A DNA stretch of 64,000 nt from positions 2,473-66,472 of the forward strand of contig JAIOXO010000007.1 in assembly GCA_022396035.1 (NCBI GenBank), in the 5' to 3' direction. The position numbers were made by a program, and so were the translations under genes. Position 1 is the stretch's first letter. Each line of letters starts with the position of its first letter. This stretch comes from Actinomycetes bacterium (GTDB lineage Bacteria > Actinomycetota > Humimicrobiia > Humimicrobiales > Humimicrobiaceae). Shown here in pieces: positions 40,763 to 50,075 of this stretch. The notes below the pieces were generated by a model. It worked only from the letters and a program-made list of their open reading frames with translations, did no database searches and was not told where the DNA came from.

Positions 40763-41044
40763 TTATTCATTATTTTTTTCTTTATCCATTATTTCTTTTA
40801 TCTTCCTCTGTTCCCAGCTGGCACCAAAACTCTTGGTAAACACAAATACGCCCATAGCATGCCAAAACAGGCCAAAACCCCAGGCCCCGGCTACAATTAG
40901 AAACCACAGAAAACCGGGAGAGGTTACCAGATTTATGACCATCAATACTATTATAACCGATATATAGGTTATAAGGTGGGCATAAAATCCTTTAATTTCC
41001 TCTACCCTTTTCTTTGCTTTTATATATTTTTCTTTTTCATCCAT
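40763..41044 (-). CDS. 2TM-domain small membrane protein
   Basis: KGFYAHLITYISVIIVLMVINL...WFLIVAGAWGFGLFWH matches the conserved 2TM family pattern. Confidence 0.7.
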   Translation of the reverse strand: MDEKEKYIKAKKRVEEIKGFYAHLITYISVIIVLMVINLVTSPGFLWFLIVAGAWGFGLFWHAMGVFVFTKSFGASWEQRKIKEIMDKEKNNE

Positions 41045-41054
41045 GGTCCCCTCC

Positions 41055-41867
41055 TTAGATTTCTTTCTTTATGGTAAAGACTATCAGTTTTACAAAACTA
41101 ACCACAGTGGCGATACTTAAACCAATTATTACCAGGATAAGAGCCACAGTTACAACCGGGATCAGGATACTGGCAATATTTTCTGCCGGTATATTGCTGA
41201 AGTCAAAAGGAAAAATTGACAGCAGGGTTGATACCGAGGCAATGCCAAAAATATTCATTACTATGTTGGTTATCTGCCTTACCGAGTAATGGTCTATTAT
41301 AATCATCACTATATTGCCTATAATAGAAACCACCACCGCTACCGTGAAGATAGGCAACCAAAATCTGAAATCATCGGTAAGCACCGGGTATCTGGTCCAG
41401 GTTTGCAGTGCGGAATTATATTCATAATATGCAATATAATGGTAGAAAAAATTAAAAAATACCAGAAATACTATACTCCAGGCTATGGACATACTGTATC
41501 CGGTTAATCTGCTTCCCCTGGTTCCTTCCTGCTTATAATTTTTTTTTTCTACAGTTGGGACCACATCTTTTGAACTGCTCTCTTCCTGTTTGGTATCTGA
41601 ATCCTGTTCTTCTTTAAATACCTCGGCTACATCATCACCAAATTTTTTGGCTGCCTTTCCTGCTTCCCTGAACTTTTCTTTAACTTCCTCATCCTTGAAT
41701 CTGTCCCCAAAAGCCCTGGCCGACCGGGAAGCACTTTCACTGAATTCCCTGGCTTTCTTTTTAAGTTCCGGATCATTAAAAACCTTGGATACCGCTTCTC
41801 CAAATTCTTTCATCATCTCACCAAAACTGCCGCCTAAATTTTTATTATCATTTTTCTCCTGTTCCAT
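41055..41867 (-). CDS. membrane protein with N-terminal repeat (F-G/S-D/E...K) cytoplasmic region and four C-terminal TM helices; unknown function
   Basis: Charged ~120-aa N-terminus with ~11-aa periodic repeats (EFGEAVSKVF / AFGDRFKDEE / KFGDDVAEVF), then four hydrophobic spans. Confidence 0.4.
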   Translation of the reverse strand: MEQEKNDNKNLGGSFGEMMKEFGEAVSKVFNDPELKKKAREFSESASRSARAFGDRFKDEEVKEKFREAGKAAKKFGDDVAEVFKEEQDSDTKQEESSSKDVVPTVEKKNYKQEGTRGSRLTGYSMSIAWSIVFLVFFNFFYHYIAYYEYNSALQTWTRYPVLTDDFRFWLPIFTVAVVVSIIGNIVMIIIDHYSVRQITNIVMNIFGIASVSTLLSIFPFDFSNIPAENIASILIPVVTVALILVIIGLSIATVVSFVKLIVFTIKKEI

Positions 41868-41918
41868 GTATCCTCCTTTATTTAAAATTTTTTTTTAAAA
41901 TTTTAAAATTTACAATAT

Positions 41919-42602
41919 TTAAAAAATATTTGACTCTATGTACCTGGCTACCGCCTGCCCCAGTATTTTATGGCTGGATTCCTCATAATGAAGTCCGTCA
42001 GTATCGCTGGGCTCTATAACATTGGCTACCTCCATAAAATGGCAGCCCTTTTGTTTGGCTATTTTTTTAAGGTAACCGGCTAATTGTTCTGACTTTGGCC
42101 CGGCTCCCTCAAACATTAGCGCAAACTGGATCAGTTTTCCTACCGGTGGGGGACACATAAGCAACAATTCCGGACTGCTGCCTCCAGGCCCGGCACCACT
42201 GCCCTGTATCATATCTACAAGCTTACCCAGTCCCAGGGCAATATCGTATGCGGAAGCAGAAAACTTTTTCTTAAAATCATTAGAACCCAGCATTAGAAGC
42301 ACCAGATCCAGGGGCGCATGAGACTCCAGACAGGGGACCAGATAAGTCATTCCATTTTTATGTACCCCCTCTACCGGATCATCAAACACCGTAGTCCGCC
42401 CATTAAGCCCTTCTTCAATAATCCTGAACCCGGAACCCAACTCTTTTTGCAATATTCCCGGCCATCTCTGTTCCGGGCCATACCTTAAATCAGAGGCTAT
42501 TACCTCCTCTCCCAGCTGATCAAATCCAATGGGCTTGCATCCATAAGTATTGGAATCGCCATAGCATAAGATAGTTTTCAACCTTAAATCCCCCCTAATC
42601 AT
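41919..42602 (-). CDS. SGNH/GDSL-family hydrolase (lipase/esterase)
   Basis: Block I GDSNTYG near the N-terminus, a block II glycine (EGLNGRTT), GSND and the DGLH block. Overlaps the GntR gene by 8 nt. Confidence 0.75.
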   Translation of the reverse strand: MIRGDLRLKTILCYGDSNTYGCKPIGFDQLGEEVIASDLRYGPEQRWPGILQKELGSGFRIIEEGLNGRTTVFDDPVEGVHKNGMTYLVPCLESHAPLDLVLLMLGSNDFKKKFSASAYDIALGLGKLVDMIQGSGAGPGGSSPELLLMCPPPVGKLIQFALMFEGAGPKSEQLAGYLKKIAKQKGCHFMEVANVIEPSDTDGLHYEESSHKILGQAVARYIESNIF

Positions 42603-43290
42603 CTAATTTGTTTAAATCTTCAATAACCTGATCTATATGGTTCTTCATGGCCTGTTGTGAACCATCAATATCGGTAACACTCATCCTGTGATAAATTTCA
42701 TTATGCCATTTAAGTCCTCTGCCAGGAGAGCCCGGAACCCTGGAAATGGTTTTCATCCCCTGGATCAATAAATCAAAAATAAAGTTAAAAATACTGGAAA
42801 GGACATTGTTCTGGCTGCACCTTACAATAGTCCGGTGAAATTCATAATCTTCAACATAATAATCCTCATATTGACCCAGTTTTAAGAATTCTTTGGACTG
42901 GTCCAGGTGCTTTTTTAAAACTTCCAAATCAGAACTGTTTATATTCCTGGTGGCCTCTTTTATGGCTGCTGTCTCTAAAATCATTCTGACCTTAAGTAAA
43001 TCCAGTAACTCCGTCTGGTTCATAAAAACATTCATATTTACCGGATTTAATATGGAGTTTAAGGAAATAGAGGATACAAAAACTCCTTTGCCGTGCCTGA
43101 CATCCACAATTTTGGCCAGACTTAAAGCCTGGATAGCCTCCCTTATACAGCTTCGGGCTACATTTAACTTCTTTGCCAGCTCCCTCTGGGAATCTATCCT
43201 GTCCCCGGGTTTAAGTTCACCCTTTTTTATCCGATATACAATTTCATCTATTACTGCCTGTACCAGGCTTTTGTTTGATTCAGTCTGCAT
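42595..43290 (-). CDS. GntR-family transcriptional regulator, FadR/FCD subfamily
   Basis: N-terminal wHTH (SQRELAKKLNVARSCIREAIQAL) plus an all-helical FCD C-terminal domain. Confidence 0.8.
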   Translation of the reverse strand: MQTESNKSLVQAVIDEIVYRIKKGELKPGDRIDSQRELAKKLNVARSCIREAIQALSLAKIVDVRHGKGVFVSSISLNSILNPVNMNVFMNQTELLDLLKVRMILETAAIKEATRNINSSDLEVLKKHLDQSKEFLKLGQYEDYYVEDYEFHRTIVRCSQNNVLSSIFNFIFDLLIQGMKTISRVPGSPGRGLKWHNEIYHRMSVTDIDGSQQAMKNHIDQVIEDLNKLDD

Positions 43291-43326
43291 TTTTAATGTA
43301 TTTATCTTCTAAACAATTTATTATTT

Positions 43327-44073
43327 CTATATATTTTTTTTAAAACCGTCAAAAGCAGCCTCTACCCTTACCCTGTTTTCTGAATATTGGCCTAACTTCT
43401 GCTCCAGCTCTGTCAGGTCCATGGTTACTATCTGTTTTCCAAAATGGGTAAGTATAAGGTTTTCAATACCATATTTTTTACACCAGTTGATAACCGTCCT
43501 GGCCCTGGTATGCCCAAAGATCTTACCGTCCCTTCTTCTAACCATGTTAATGTTTAAGCTTGATCCATCAGCAATAAGCGTATCCACGCCTTTAAATACA
43601 ATGGATTTGTCAGTTTCGGTATCCACTATATCCGGAGCATAAACTATAGTCTTTTTACCCCCCAGCCTGAAACATACTGCCGGGCACCTTAGGGAGTGAA
43701 TAACCCGGTAAGCAACTACTGATATATCCTTTATGCTAAATTTTTTCCCCGGTTCTATAATCCTATAGTTCAGGGGCTTATTCCGACTGTATTCCAGAGT
43801 TTCCCTGGTCAAATAAACCGGTATTTCTACAGCCTTGTTTTCTTCCACAGTCCACATATAATGATCCGGATGGGCATGGGTAATAAGCAGTGCATCAAAA
43901 TTTGATATCTCTCTGTGCAGGTCGGGGTCATGCTTCTGCCCGTAGTCTATTAAAATTCTAGTGTCTGCTTCTTCAACTATAATGGAAGAATGGTAACGGT
44001 GAAGTTCACTACTCTCTTCAATTTCTCCCCTGGTACCAGGAAAACGGAGGATCATATTAATACCAAGCCTCAT
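43327..44073 (-). CDS. MBL-fold metallo-hydrolase (PhnP-like phosphodiesterase subfamily)
   Basis: LITHAHPDH (HxHxDH) and the downstream LILTHFG metal-site motifs. ~250 aa. Confidence 0.65.
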   Translation of the reverse strand: MRLGINMILRFPGTRGEIEESSELHRYHSSIIVEEADTRILIDYGQKHDPDLHREISNFDALLITHAHPDHYMWTVEENKAVEIPVYLTRETLEYSRNKPLNYRIIEPGKKFSIKDISVVAYRVIHSLRCPAVCFRLGGKKTIVYAPDIVDTETDKSIVFKGVDTLIADGSSLNINMVRRRDGKIFGHTRARTVINWCKKYGIENLILTHFGKQIVTMDLTELEQKLGQYSENRVRVEAAFDGFKKNI

Positions 44074-44118
44074 ATTATTCTAAATATGAATAATTCTACC
44101 ATAGAACGGCATCGAATA

Positions 44119-44769
44119 TTAATAGCTTTTCTTAAGCTTTTCCCATTGATCTAAAATTGAAAGGACCTGGCTGTCAGTAACATCATGCCAGTTCTGGTAA
44201 ACTTGGGCTACCGCCCTGAAATTTTCAGGCATCTCAAGCACCACCAGCCGGTCAGCCTTCCGAGAAACCAGGGATGCTGCCCGTAGCCCAGCTACCGGTA
44301 CCGCAACCACCACTTCTGCTACTTTCTGGTGGCGGCAATAATTTATTGAAGCCAGCATGGTGGAACCCATGGCCAGCCCATCATCTACCAGCATAACGGT
44401 CTTTGCGGAAATATCGGGCAGGGGTTTGCCTTTTCTTAATATCTTTATTCTCCTTTTTATTTCTTCAGACTGCTCTTCTTTTATCCTTTCTATTTCCCCG
44501 GCAGAAAGCCAGCTGGCAGCCTGCCTGTGGATATAGGTGGAACCATCTTCGGAAATAGCTCCAAATCCCGATTCCGGGTTATTAGGGAAAGGAAGCTTCC
44601 TGGTTATCAGAAGATGCAATGATGCCTTTAAGTGTCTGGCTACTTCAAAACCTATCTCTACCCCGCCTCTGGGTATAGCCAGTACCAGCACTTCTCTATC
44701 CATATATTCTTCAAGAGCCATCGCCAATCTGGCTCCTGCATCTTTTCTGTCTTTAAAAAATTTAGTCAT
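44119..44769 (-). CDS. phosphoribosyltransferase-fold protein (COG1926-like)
   Basis: PRPP-binding loop VMLVDDGLAMGSTM. ~216 aa. Confidence 0.65.
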   Translation of the reverse strand: MTKFFKDRKDAGARLAMALEEYMDREVLVLAIPRGGVEIGFEVARHLKASLHLLITRKLPFPNNPESGFGAISEDGSTYIHRQAASWLSAGEIERIKEEQSEEIKRRIKILRKGKPLPDISAKTVMLVDDGLAMGSTMLASINYCRHQKVAEVVVAVPVAGLRAASLVSRKADRLVVLEMPENFRAVAQVYQNWHDVTDSQVLSILDQWEKLKKSY

Positions 44770-47269
44770 CCCGCTTTAACTTCCCGTGCTTGTCCTCAAT
44801 ATTTTCAGTTATGTTCTGGTAGTCACCTTCAGAGTATTTTTCAGGTTTTCCAAATACCACCGAGACCCTGGGCCTCCTTGGCATATGCCCTAAAGGCAGC
44901 AACCCATTTTTCAATAATCCATACAGGCCATTTATCTTTACCGGTACTACGGTTGCTTCCATATCTTTGGAGATCATCCCTATTCCCGGCTCAAATGATT
45001 TTATTTTACCATCAGGAGTAACCCTGCCCTCGGGGAATATTATGATTGACCAGCCCTGGTCCAGCAAACGGCCTATATTTTCCATACTCTGTTTGAACCC
45101 GTAAGTACGGGAAAGAGGAGTGGTATTCATGGCCAGATTGACCAGTAAATAAAAGCCTGCAGCTTCAATAAACCTTCTGACCCAGCAGCCCTGGCGGTAA
45201 AAGAAATGGGTAAAATGATGTTCTATGGACATAAGTACAGTAACCTTACGCCTCAGGGCCAAGGGCAAACAATAAAGTATAACCAGCGTATCCAGATGGC
45301 TGGTATGGTTGGCTGCAAATACCACCGGCTCCTTGGCCTGTTTTAAATTTTTAATACCATATGGTTTCAGTTTTATCAATATCCGTATAAAGGGGTATAT
45401 AATATACTGAAAGATTGTCCTTACCACCGTTACCGCAAACCAGTAAGGGAAATTATAAAAGGGTAGCTTCTTGCTTGTCTTCTGGGGAGAATTAATATAT
45501 TTTTTCAATTCCCCCACTGTAGTATCCCTGCTTATAGGTATCTGGTCAGCATCTATATTGTATTCATTTTCTATCTCTACCGCCAATTTTATGGTATCCA
45601 GGGAATCCAGTCCCAGGTCCCCTGAAAGCCTGGACTCCGGCTTATACTTTTCTCCACTAATATTATGAACTGATCCCAGCAAACGGTACAGCTGATCTCC
45701 TTCTTCCCTGGATTCGCTGCTTCTATTTATCATTTTGGCTACTTCTGCCTTCTTCACCTTTAGGGTTGAGGTCCGGGGAAAATCATGTTCCGGCCAAGCC
45801 GTCCAGTTATCTATTTTTTGATGGGTATCCAGGTTCTGATTAATTGATTCTACTGCCCGGCTTAAGTCCACTTCAGAAGATTTTGGGAGCAGCGCCGCAT
45901 ATACCTGTACAAAATCTTCATTTTTCAAACCAAAAACCACCCCGTCTTTTATATCCGGGTGTTTCTTTATTTCATTTTCTATATCTTCGGGGTACACATT
46001 GGTTCCATCCGGACGCACAATAACATCATCCCCGCGCCCTTTATATATTATATTTCCCTGTGAATCTATTTCTGCCAGGTCTCCCGTTTTAAACCACCCG
46101 CCGCTATAGGCCTTTTTGGTCTGCCCGGAATCAAGGTAATAGCCGGGGCTGACATTATCGCCTTTTACATATATCTGGCCATCTTTGATTTTTACCTTCT
46201 GCCCTTTTAAAGCCCTGCCTATGGTGCCGGCTTCAGTACTGGGATCAGAAAGGGTTACCAGGGGCGCAGTTTCGGTTAGACCATAACCCTGGAAAAGGGC
46301 ATAGGCCAGTCCTCTCCAGAACTGGTCCACTGCCGGTTCCAGATAAGCACCCCCCACTATAATGGCGCAGAACCTCCATCCCAGCCTTATATGCAGCCTC
46401 CACAGTGAGAGAAACCTGTAGGGCCAGTGTTTCTGTTTAATCTGTTCAAACTTTTCTCTAAATTCTTCGTCATCAAGCCCATATTTGCTGCTTACATAGT
46501 CCTTTAAAATTTCCAGCATCCGGGGTAAAACCCCTATAGCCCATACCCGGTATTGTTTTATAATTTTGATTATTCTGGCAGGATTAAGCATATTGGTATA
46601 AACTACAGAACCTCCGATTATAAGGGGGGCAAATATTCCAATCAGTTGTCCATACATGTGGGACAAGGGAACCAGTGAAAGTAGTTTAAACCCCAGCATT
46701 AACCTGAAAGCCCATTTCCATTTATCCAGAGCAGGCTGTACGGACTGTAAATTAGCATAAATATTTTTGTGATTAATAACCACTCCTTTAGGCCTGGAGG
46801 TAGTACCGGAGGTAAATACTATTTCCAGCATACTATCCGGGCTGGTGGATCCGGGTTCTGCAGCTTCCATGTCATTTATATAACCAAAAAGGTCTTTCAG
46901 AAAGTACCTGGGGATTTCCTGAATATCAATATCGGATTCATTTTTACAAAAAATACAGGCAGCCTTTACCTTTTCCTGAATCCTGCGGATAAAAGCCCTC
47001 CCTGACCGGTTATCGACAGGTACCACTGCCACCCCCTGCAGAATACAGCCAATGAATACCACTACCCACTCCAGGCTGTTTTCGCCTTTAAGAAGTATCT
47101 TGTCTCCCCCACTGATACCCTGCTGTTTTAAGAAAGAGCCAAACTTGAGACTATATTCCAGCACCTGTTGCCAGCTTGCAGTTTTTTCCCTGTATTCGGA
47201 CCGGGCTACAACTTTACCCCTGTTGGATTTTAAATGGTTATATAGGTATTGCGCCAAATTTGATTTCAT
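44762..47269 (-). CDS. tridomain acyl-AMP ligase - carrier protein - lysophospholipid acyltransferase fusion
   Basis: AMP-binding TSGTTSRPKG, carrier-domain LGLDSLD (the Ser attaches phosphopantetheine), LPLAT NHTSHLD (Hx4D) and FPEGRV motifs. 835 aa. Confidence 0.75.
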   Translation of the reverse strand: MKSNLAQYLYNHLKSNRGKVVARSEYREKTASWQQVLEYSLKFGSFLKQQGISGGDKILLKGENSLEWVVVFIGCILQGVAVVPVDNRSGRAFIRRIQEKVKAACIFCKNESDIDIQEIPRYFLKDLFGYINDMEAAEPGSTSPDSMLEIVFTSGTTSRPKGVVINHKNIYANLQSVQPALDKWKWAFRLMLGFKLLSLVPLSHMYGQLIGIFAPLIIGGSVVYTNMLNPARIIKIIKQYRVWAIGVLPRMLEILKDYVSSKYGLDDEEFREKFEQIKQKHWPYRFLSLWRLHIRLGWRFCAIIVGGAYLEPAVDQFWRGLAYALFQGYGLTETAPLVTLSDPSTEAGTIGRALKGQKVKIKDGQIYVKGDNVSPGYYLDSGQTKKAYSGGWFKTGDLAEIDSQGNIIYKGRGDDVIVRPDGTNVYPEDIENEIKKHPDIKDGVVFGLKNEDFVQVYAALLPKSSEVDLSRAVESINQNLDTHQKIDNWTAWPEHDFPRTSTLKVKKAEVAKMINRSSESREEGDQLYRLLGSVHNISGEKYKPESRLSGDLGLDSLDTIKLAVEIENEYNIDADQIPISRDTTVGELKKYINSPQKTSKKLPFYNFPYWFAVTVVRTIFQYIIYPFIRILIKLKPYGIKNLKQAKEPVVFAANHTSHLDTLVILYCLPLALRRKVTVLMSIEHHFTHFFYRQGCWVRRFIEAAGFYLLVNLAMNTTPLSRTYGFKQSMENIGRLLDQGWSIIIFPEGRVTPDGKIKSFEPGIGMISKDMEATVVPVKINGLYGLLKNGLLPLGHMPRRPRVSVVFGKPEKYSEGDYQNITENIEDKHGKLKRDD

Positions 47270-47404
47270 GAATTAAATGCACCCCATAATTAGTATAAAT
47301 TACCCACCCCAGGTATTCAACCGCCATAACATTAGGCCAAATTCTTGAAATATTGTTGTTACAGGTCCGCTTTGTTAAAATTTTATAAAAGATGAATATA
47401 AATA

Positions 47405-48490
47405 ATGGAGATACGCAAAATGAACAAAACCATCATACTTAAGATAATAGCCATTGCCGCCTTATTGTTTTTAATGGCCTGGGTAATGGCCTGTATCCCT
47501 GATTTTTTAAGAACCAGCCAACAGCCACAGGCTACCGATTCCCAACCTGCTGCTGCCGGCAGCCTTGAACAGTTTAATCAGAATATAAGAGATCTGGTAA
47601 ACAAAGTACTTCCTTCAGTGGTAAACATAAGAGTAGGTATACTGGAAGAAAATATACTGGGCCAGACCCAGCTACAGGAAGGAGTGGGCTCGGGAGTAAT
47701 ATATGATGAACAGGGCTATATTATAACCAACAGCCATGTAGCGGCTGATGCCCAGCAGCTAATAGTAACCTTGAATGATGGAACACAGGTTGAAGCAGAA
47801 CTGGTAGGAGCCAGCCGGGATACCGATATTGCAGTTATAAAGATAGACAGCAACGGTCTGAAGCCGGCAAATTTTGCCTCTATTGAAGACCAGCATGTTG
47901 GAGACCTGGTAATAGCAGCAGGCAGCCCCTTCGGCATACAGCAGACAGTTACTATGGGCATCATCAGCGGCAAGGGAAGGACACTGCCTGTTTCCTCCGA
48001 CCAGCTGCCTATTGTGGATGCAGTGCAAACCGATGCAGCTATTAATCCTGGTAACAGCGGGGGACCGCTAATAAATATAAATGGAGAAGTTATCGGAATA
48101 AACACCATGGGTATTAGTGCTTCCGGAACCAGTTCCGGGGTTGGTTTTGCCATACCCAGTGATACTGCTACCAATATTGCCGACCAAATCATACAATACG
48201 GCCGGGCCAGAATTCCGTTTATAGGCATTGAAATAACCGCCAATAATACTGAAATACCAGGAGTGGCTGTAGGCAACATAGTTGAAAATTCTCCGGCATC
48301 CAAAGCAGGAATCAGGACCGGTGATATCATTGTTGAGTTTGACCAAAAAAGTATAACCACTCCATTCGACCTATTGTCCCAGCTGTTAAGAAAAGATTGT
48401 GGCCAGGAAGTTGAATTAAAGATTTACAGAGACGGAGACTACCTGTCTATAATGCTGGAACTGGAAGAATGTCCAACCCCTCGGGACTAA
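47405..48490 (+). CDS. htrA: HtrA/DegP-family serine protease with one PDZ domain
   Basis: N-terminal TM anchor, trypsin-like core (TNSHV, GNSGGPL), C-terminal PDZ. Confidence 0.85.
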   Translation: MEIRKMNKTIILKIIAIAALLFLMAWVMACIPDFLRTSQQPQATDSQPAAAGSLEQFNQNIRDLVNKVLPSVVNIRVGILEENILGQTQLQEGVGSGVIYDEQGYIITNSHVAADAQQLIVTLNDGTQVEAELVGASRDTDIAVIKIDSNGLKPANFASIEDQHVGDLVIAAGSPFGIQQTVTMGIISGKGRTLPVSSDQLPIVDAVQTDAAINPGNSGGPLININGEVIGINTMGISASGTSSGVGFAIPSDTATNIADQIIQYGRARIPFIGIEITANNTEIPGVAVGNIVENSPASKAGIRTGDIIVEFDQKSITTPFDLLSQLLRKDCGQEVELKIYRDGDYLSIMLELEECPTPRD

Positions 48491-49728
48491 ATTTTCTGGA
48501 ATTTAAACTTGAGGGCACGCCGCCAAAAGTCAAATTTTGATTTCAACTCCTCCCTGGAATTACCACCCAGATTTATTACCCCGTACCGGTAACTCCGGGC
48601 ATCCTGGAGAGTTGCTGAGAGATTTTTACCCGGATATGCATAAATTTCTATTCTGGCCTCTTCAAATTTGTTCATTACCTGCTTTATCTGTTGGGGGGAA
48701 GGCACACTCAGTACTTTCATGTCTGAAAACTTTCTGAGTACAAAACTGGAACCAAACTTAAATTTTCCTTTCCGGTTAAAACTGTAATCAGGCTTTTTGC
48801 CCAGAGATAAATCCAGCTGCAGCCGGTAAGTATTTATGCCGTCGACCTTCTCTACCAGGTCTGCAAACTGGGAACACATCCTGGGATTTATTTCAATAAT
48901 ACTCAAACTCTTATTTCTGCGGTTATAGAAAAATTCAATATTAAAAAGCCCGTTTCCATAATTTAGGTGACTCAACCATACTCTGGAAACATCCATCATC
49001 CTCTGCTGAACTGCACTGTCTATAGAACTGGGATAATCAAAGCGCTTAAAGCTCTGGGTATCTTTATACATAATAGAATCAGTTATTCCTATGAAAAAAA
49101 CCTGGCCTTTATACACATAACCTTCCAGGTTAACCTGCTGACCAGTGCATATTTTTTCCGCCATAACATAACCGGCACCCACTGGCAGCAGGGTATATTT
49201 TTTTAGCATTCGGTTAAAAGGCTCAACAAACTCTTGTATATGGGCCCTGCTGGCTTCCATATATTTTAAAAACTGATTGGTATTTTCAATTCTGCAAGCA
49301 AGTATGGAAAAAAAAGATTTTACCGGTTTTAGAAAAAAGGGAAAACCGTAAGGGGGATCCTCTTTTTGGAATGGATCCAGTAATTTATATTCCGGCACCA
49401 TGGGCCCAAATAATCTTGACTGCATTTCTCTTGAATAGTATTTATGCTGGCATAAAAAATTTGCCGCCACGTTTACCCCATCCGACCCTATCATGTTTGC
49501 TATTATACTGGCCATTATAGATGCGGGATAATCATGGGTGCCAATTACTGCGTCTATTTTTTCATGTTTAATTTTTTTTATAACATATTCAATAAACACC
49601 AGGGGATCAAAACTGCTTAATATTTCTCTGGTATCAGCACCTTCATAGATATAATTATGGTTATATCCCAGCCGTGGGATTTCTCTAAGATCCCTGAGGG
49701 TGGGACATAGTATGAGTATGTTTTTCAT
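48487..49728 (-). CDS. ATP-grasp family ligase, unknown substrate
   Basis: ATP-grasp fold signatures in the central and C-terminal region. Start assigned to MKNILIL (49728), because the upstream extension is hydrophobic junk. Confidence 0.55.
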   Translation of the reverse strand: MKNILILCPTLRDLREIPRLGYNHNYIYEGADTREILSSFDPLVFIEYVIKKIKHEKIDAVIGTHDYPASIMASIIANMIGSDGVNVAANFLCQHKYYSREMQSRLFGPMVPEYKLLDPFQKEDPPYGFPFFLKPVKSFFSILACRIENTNQFLKYMEASRAHIQEFVEPFNRMLKKYTLLPVGAGYVMAEKICTGQQVNLEGYVYKGQVFFIGITDSIMYKDTQSFKRFDYPSSIDSAVQQRMMDVSRVWLSHLNYGNGLFNIEFFYNRRNKSLSIIEINPRMCSQFADLVEKVDGINTYRLQLDLSLGKKPDYSFNRKGKFKFGSSFVLRKFSDMKVLSVPSPQQIKQVMNKFEEARIEIYAYPGKNLSATLQDARSYRYGVINLGGNSREELKSKFDFWRRALKFKFQKI

Positions 49729-49773
49729 TAAGCTAAATAATAATGCAAGAAACAAAAAAAATAAAAAAATATT

Positions 49774-49802
49774 TCCAGAGATATTGACACCAGCAGCTGG
49801 TT
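49774..49802 (+). promoter_or_regulatory. near-consensus sigma70 promoter TTGACA-17-TATATT with no protein gene directly downstream
   Basis: TTGACA 49774-49779, 17-nt spacer, TATATT 49797-49802. Fires into a ~185-nt non-coding stretch. Confidence 0.4.
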
Positions 49803-49808
49803 TTGGTA

Positions 49809-49993
49809 TATTTATTATTGCCTTAGGAAAAGGAGGCAACATCTGGGAGTAGCTGAAATTGACCTCCGAAAGGAAGTAGGAAAGTAAGCTAAAATTCTGG
49901 ATAGTACCTAAGAAAAGTCCTAAGGTTGAGTCCCAAGGTGTTAAGTAACCTAAAGTGTGAGCAAAGGTGAAAGATAACTTGGGACTTTTTTAT
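49809..49993 (+). ncRNA. candidate small structured RNA, possibly SRP RNA (ffs)-like
   Basis: No ORF. CCUUAGG 49811-49817 is complementary to CCUAAGG 49919-49925, closing a ~115-nt hairpin. Its tip CCUCC-GAAA-GGAAGUAGG (49863-49880) resembles SRP domain IV 'GGUCC-GGAA-GGAAGCAGC'. It ends with a 9-bp stem AGUCCCAAG/CUUGGGACU (49929-49986) plus U6. Confidence 0.35.
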
Positions 49994-50011
49994 ATCCCCT
50001 GCCCCATTACA

Positions 50012-50040
50012 TTGCAAAAACATGTTAAAATAAGTAAAAT
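50012..50040 (+). promoter_or_regulatory. candidate ilvE promoter TTGCAA-17-TAAAAT
   Basis: TTGCAA 50012-50017, 17-nt spacer, TAAAAT 50035-50040. SD AAAGGGG 6 nt before the ilvE ATG at 50076. Confidence 0.35.
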
Positions 50041-50075
50041 ATTAAAATTACTATCAAGGGGTAAAGGGGCAATCA

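Noticed and set aside
49929-49993. The hairpin+U6 as an attenuator for ilvE (T-box or leader-peptide type)
   Set aside because: No T-box sequence and no leader peptide ORF. The 40-nt loop is atypical, and an independent promoter (TTGCAA-17-TAAAAT) lies between it and ilvE. It is treated instead as the terminator of the upstream orphan transcript, though co-transcription cannot be excluded.
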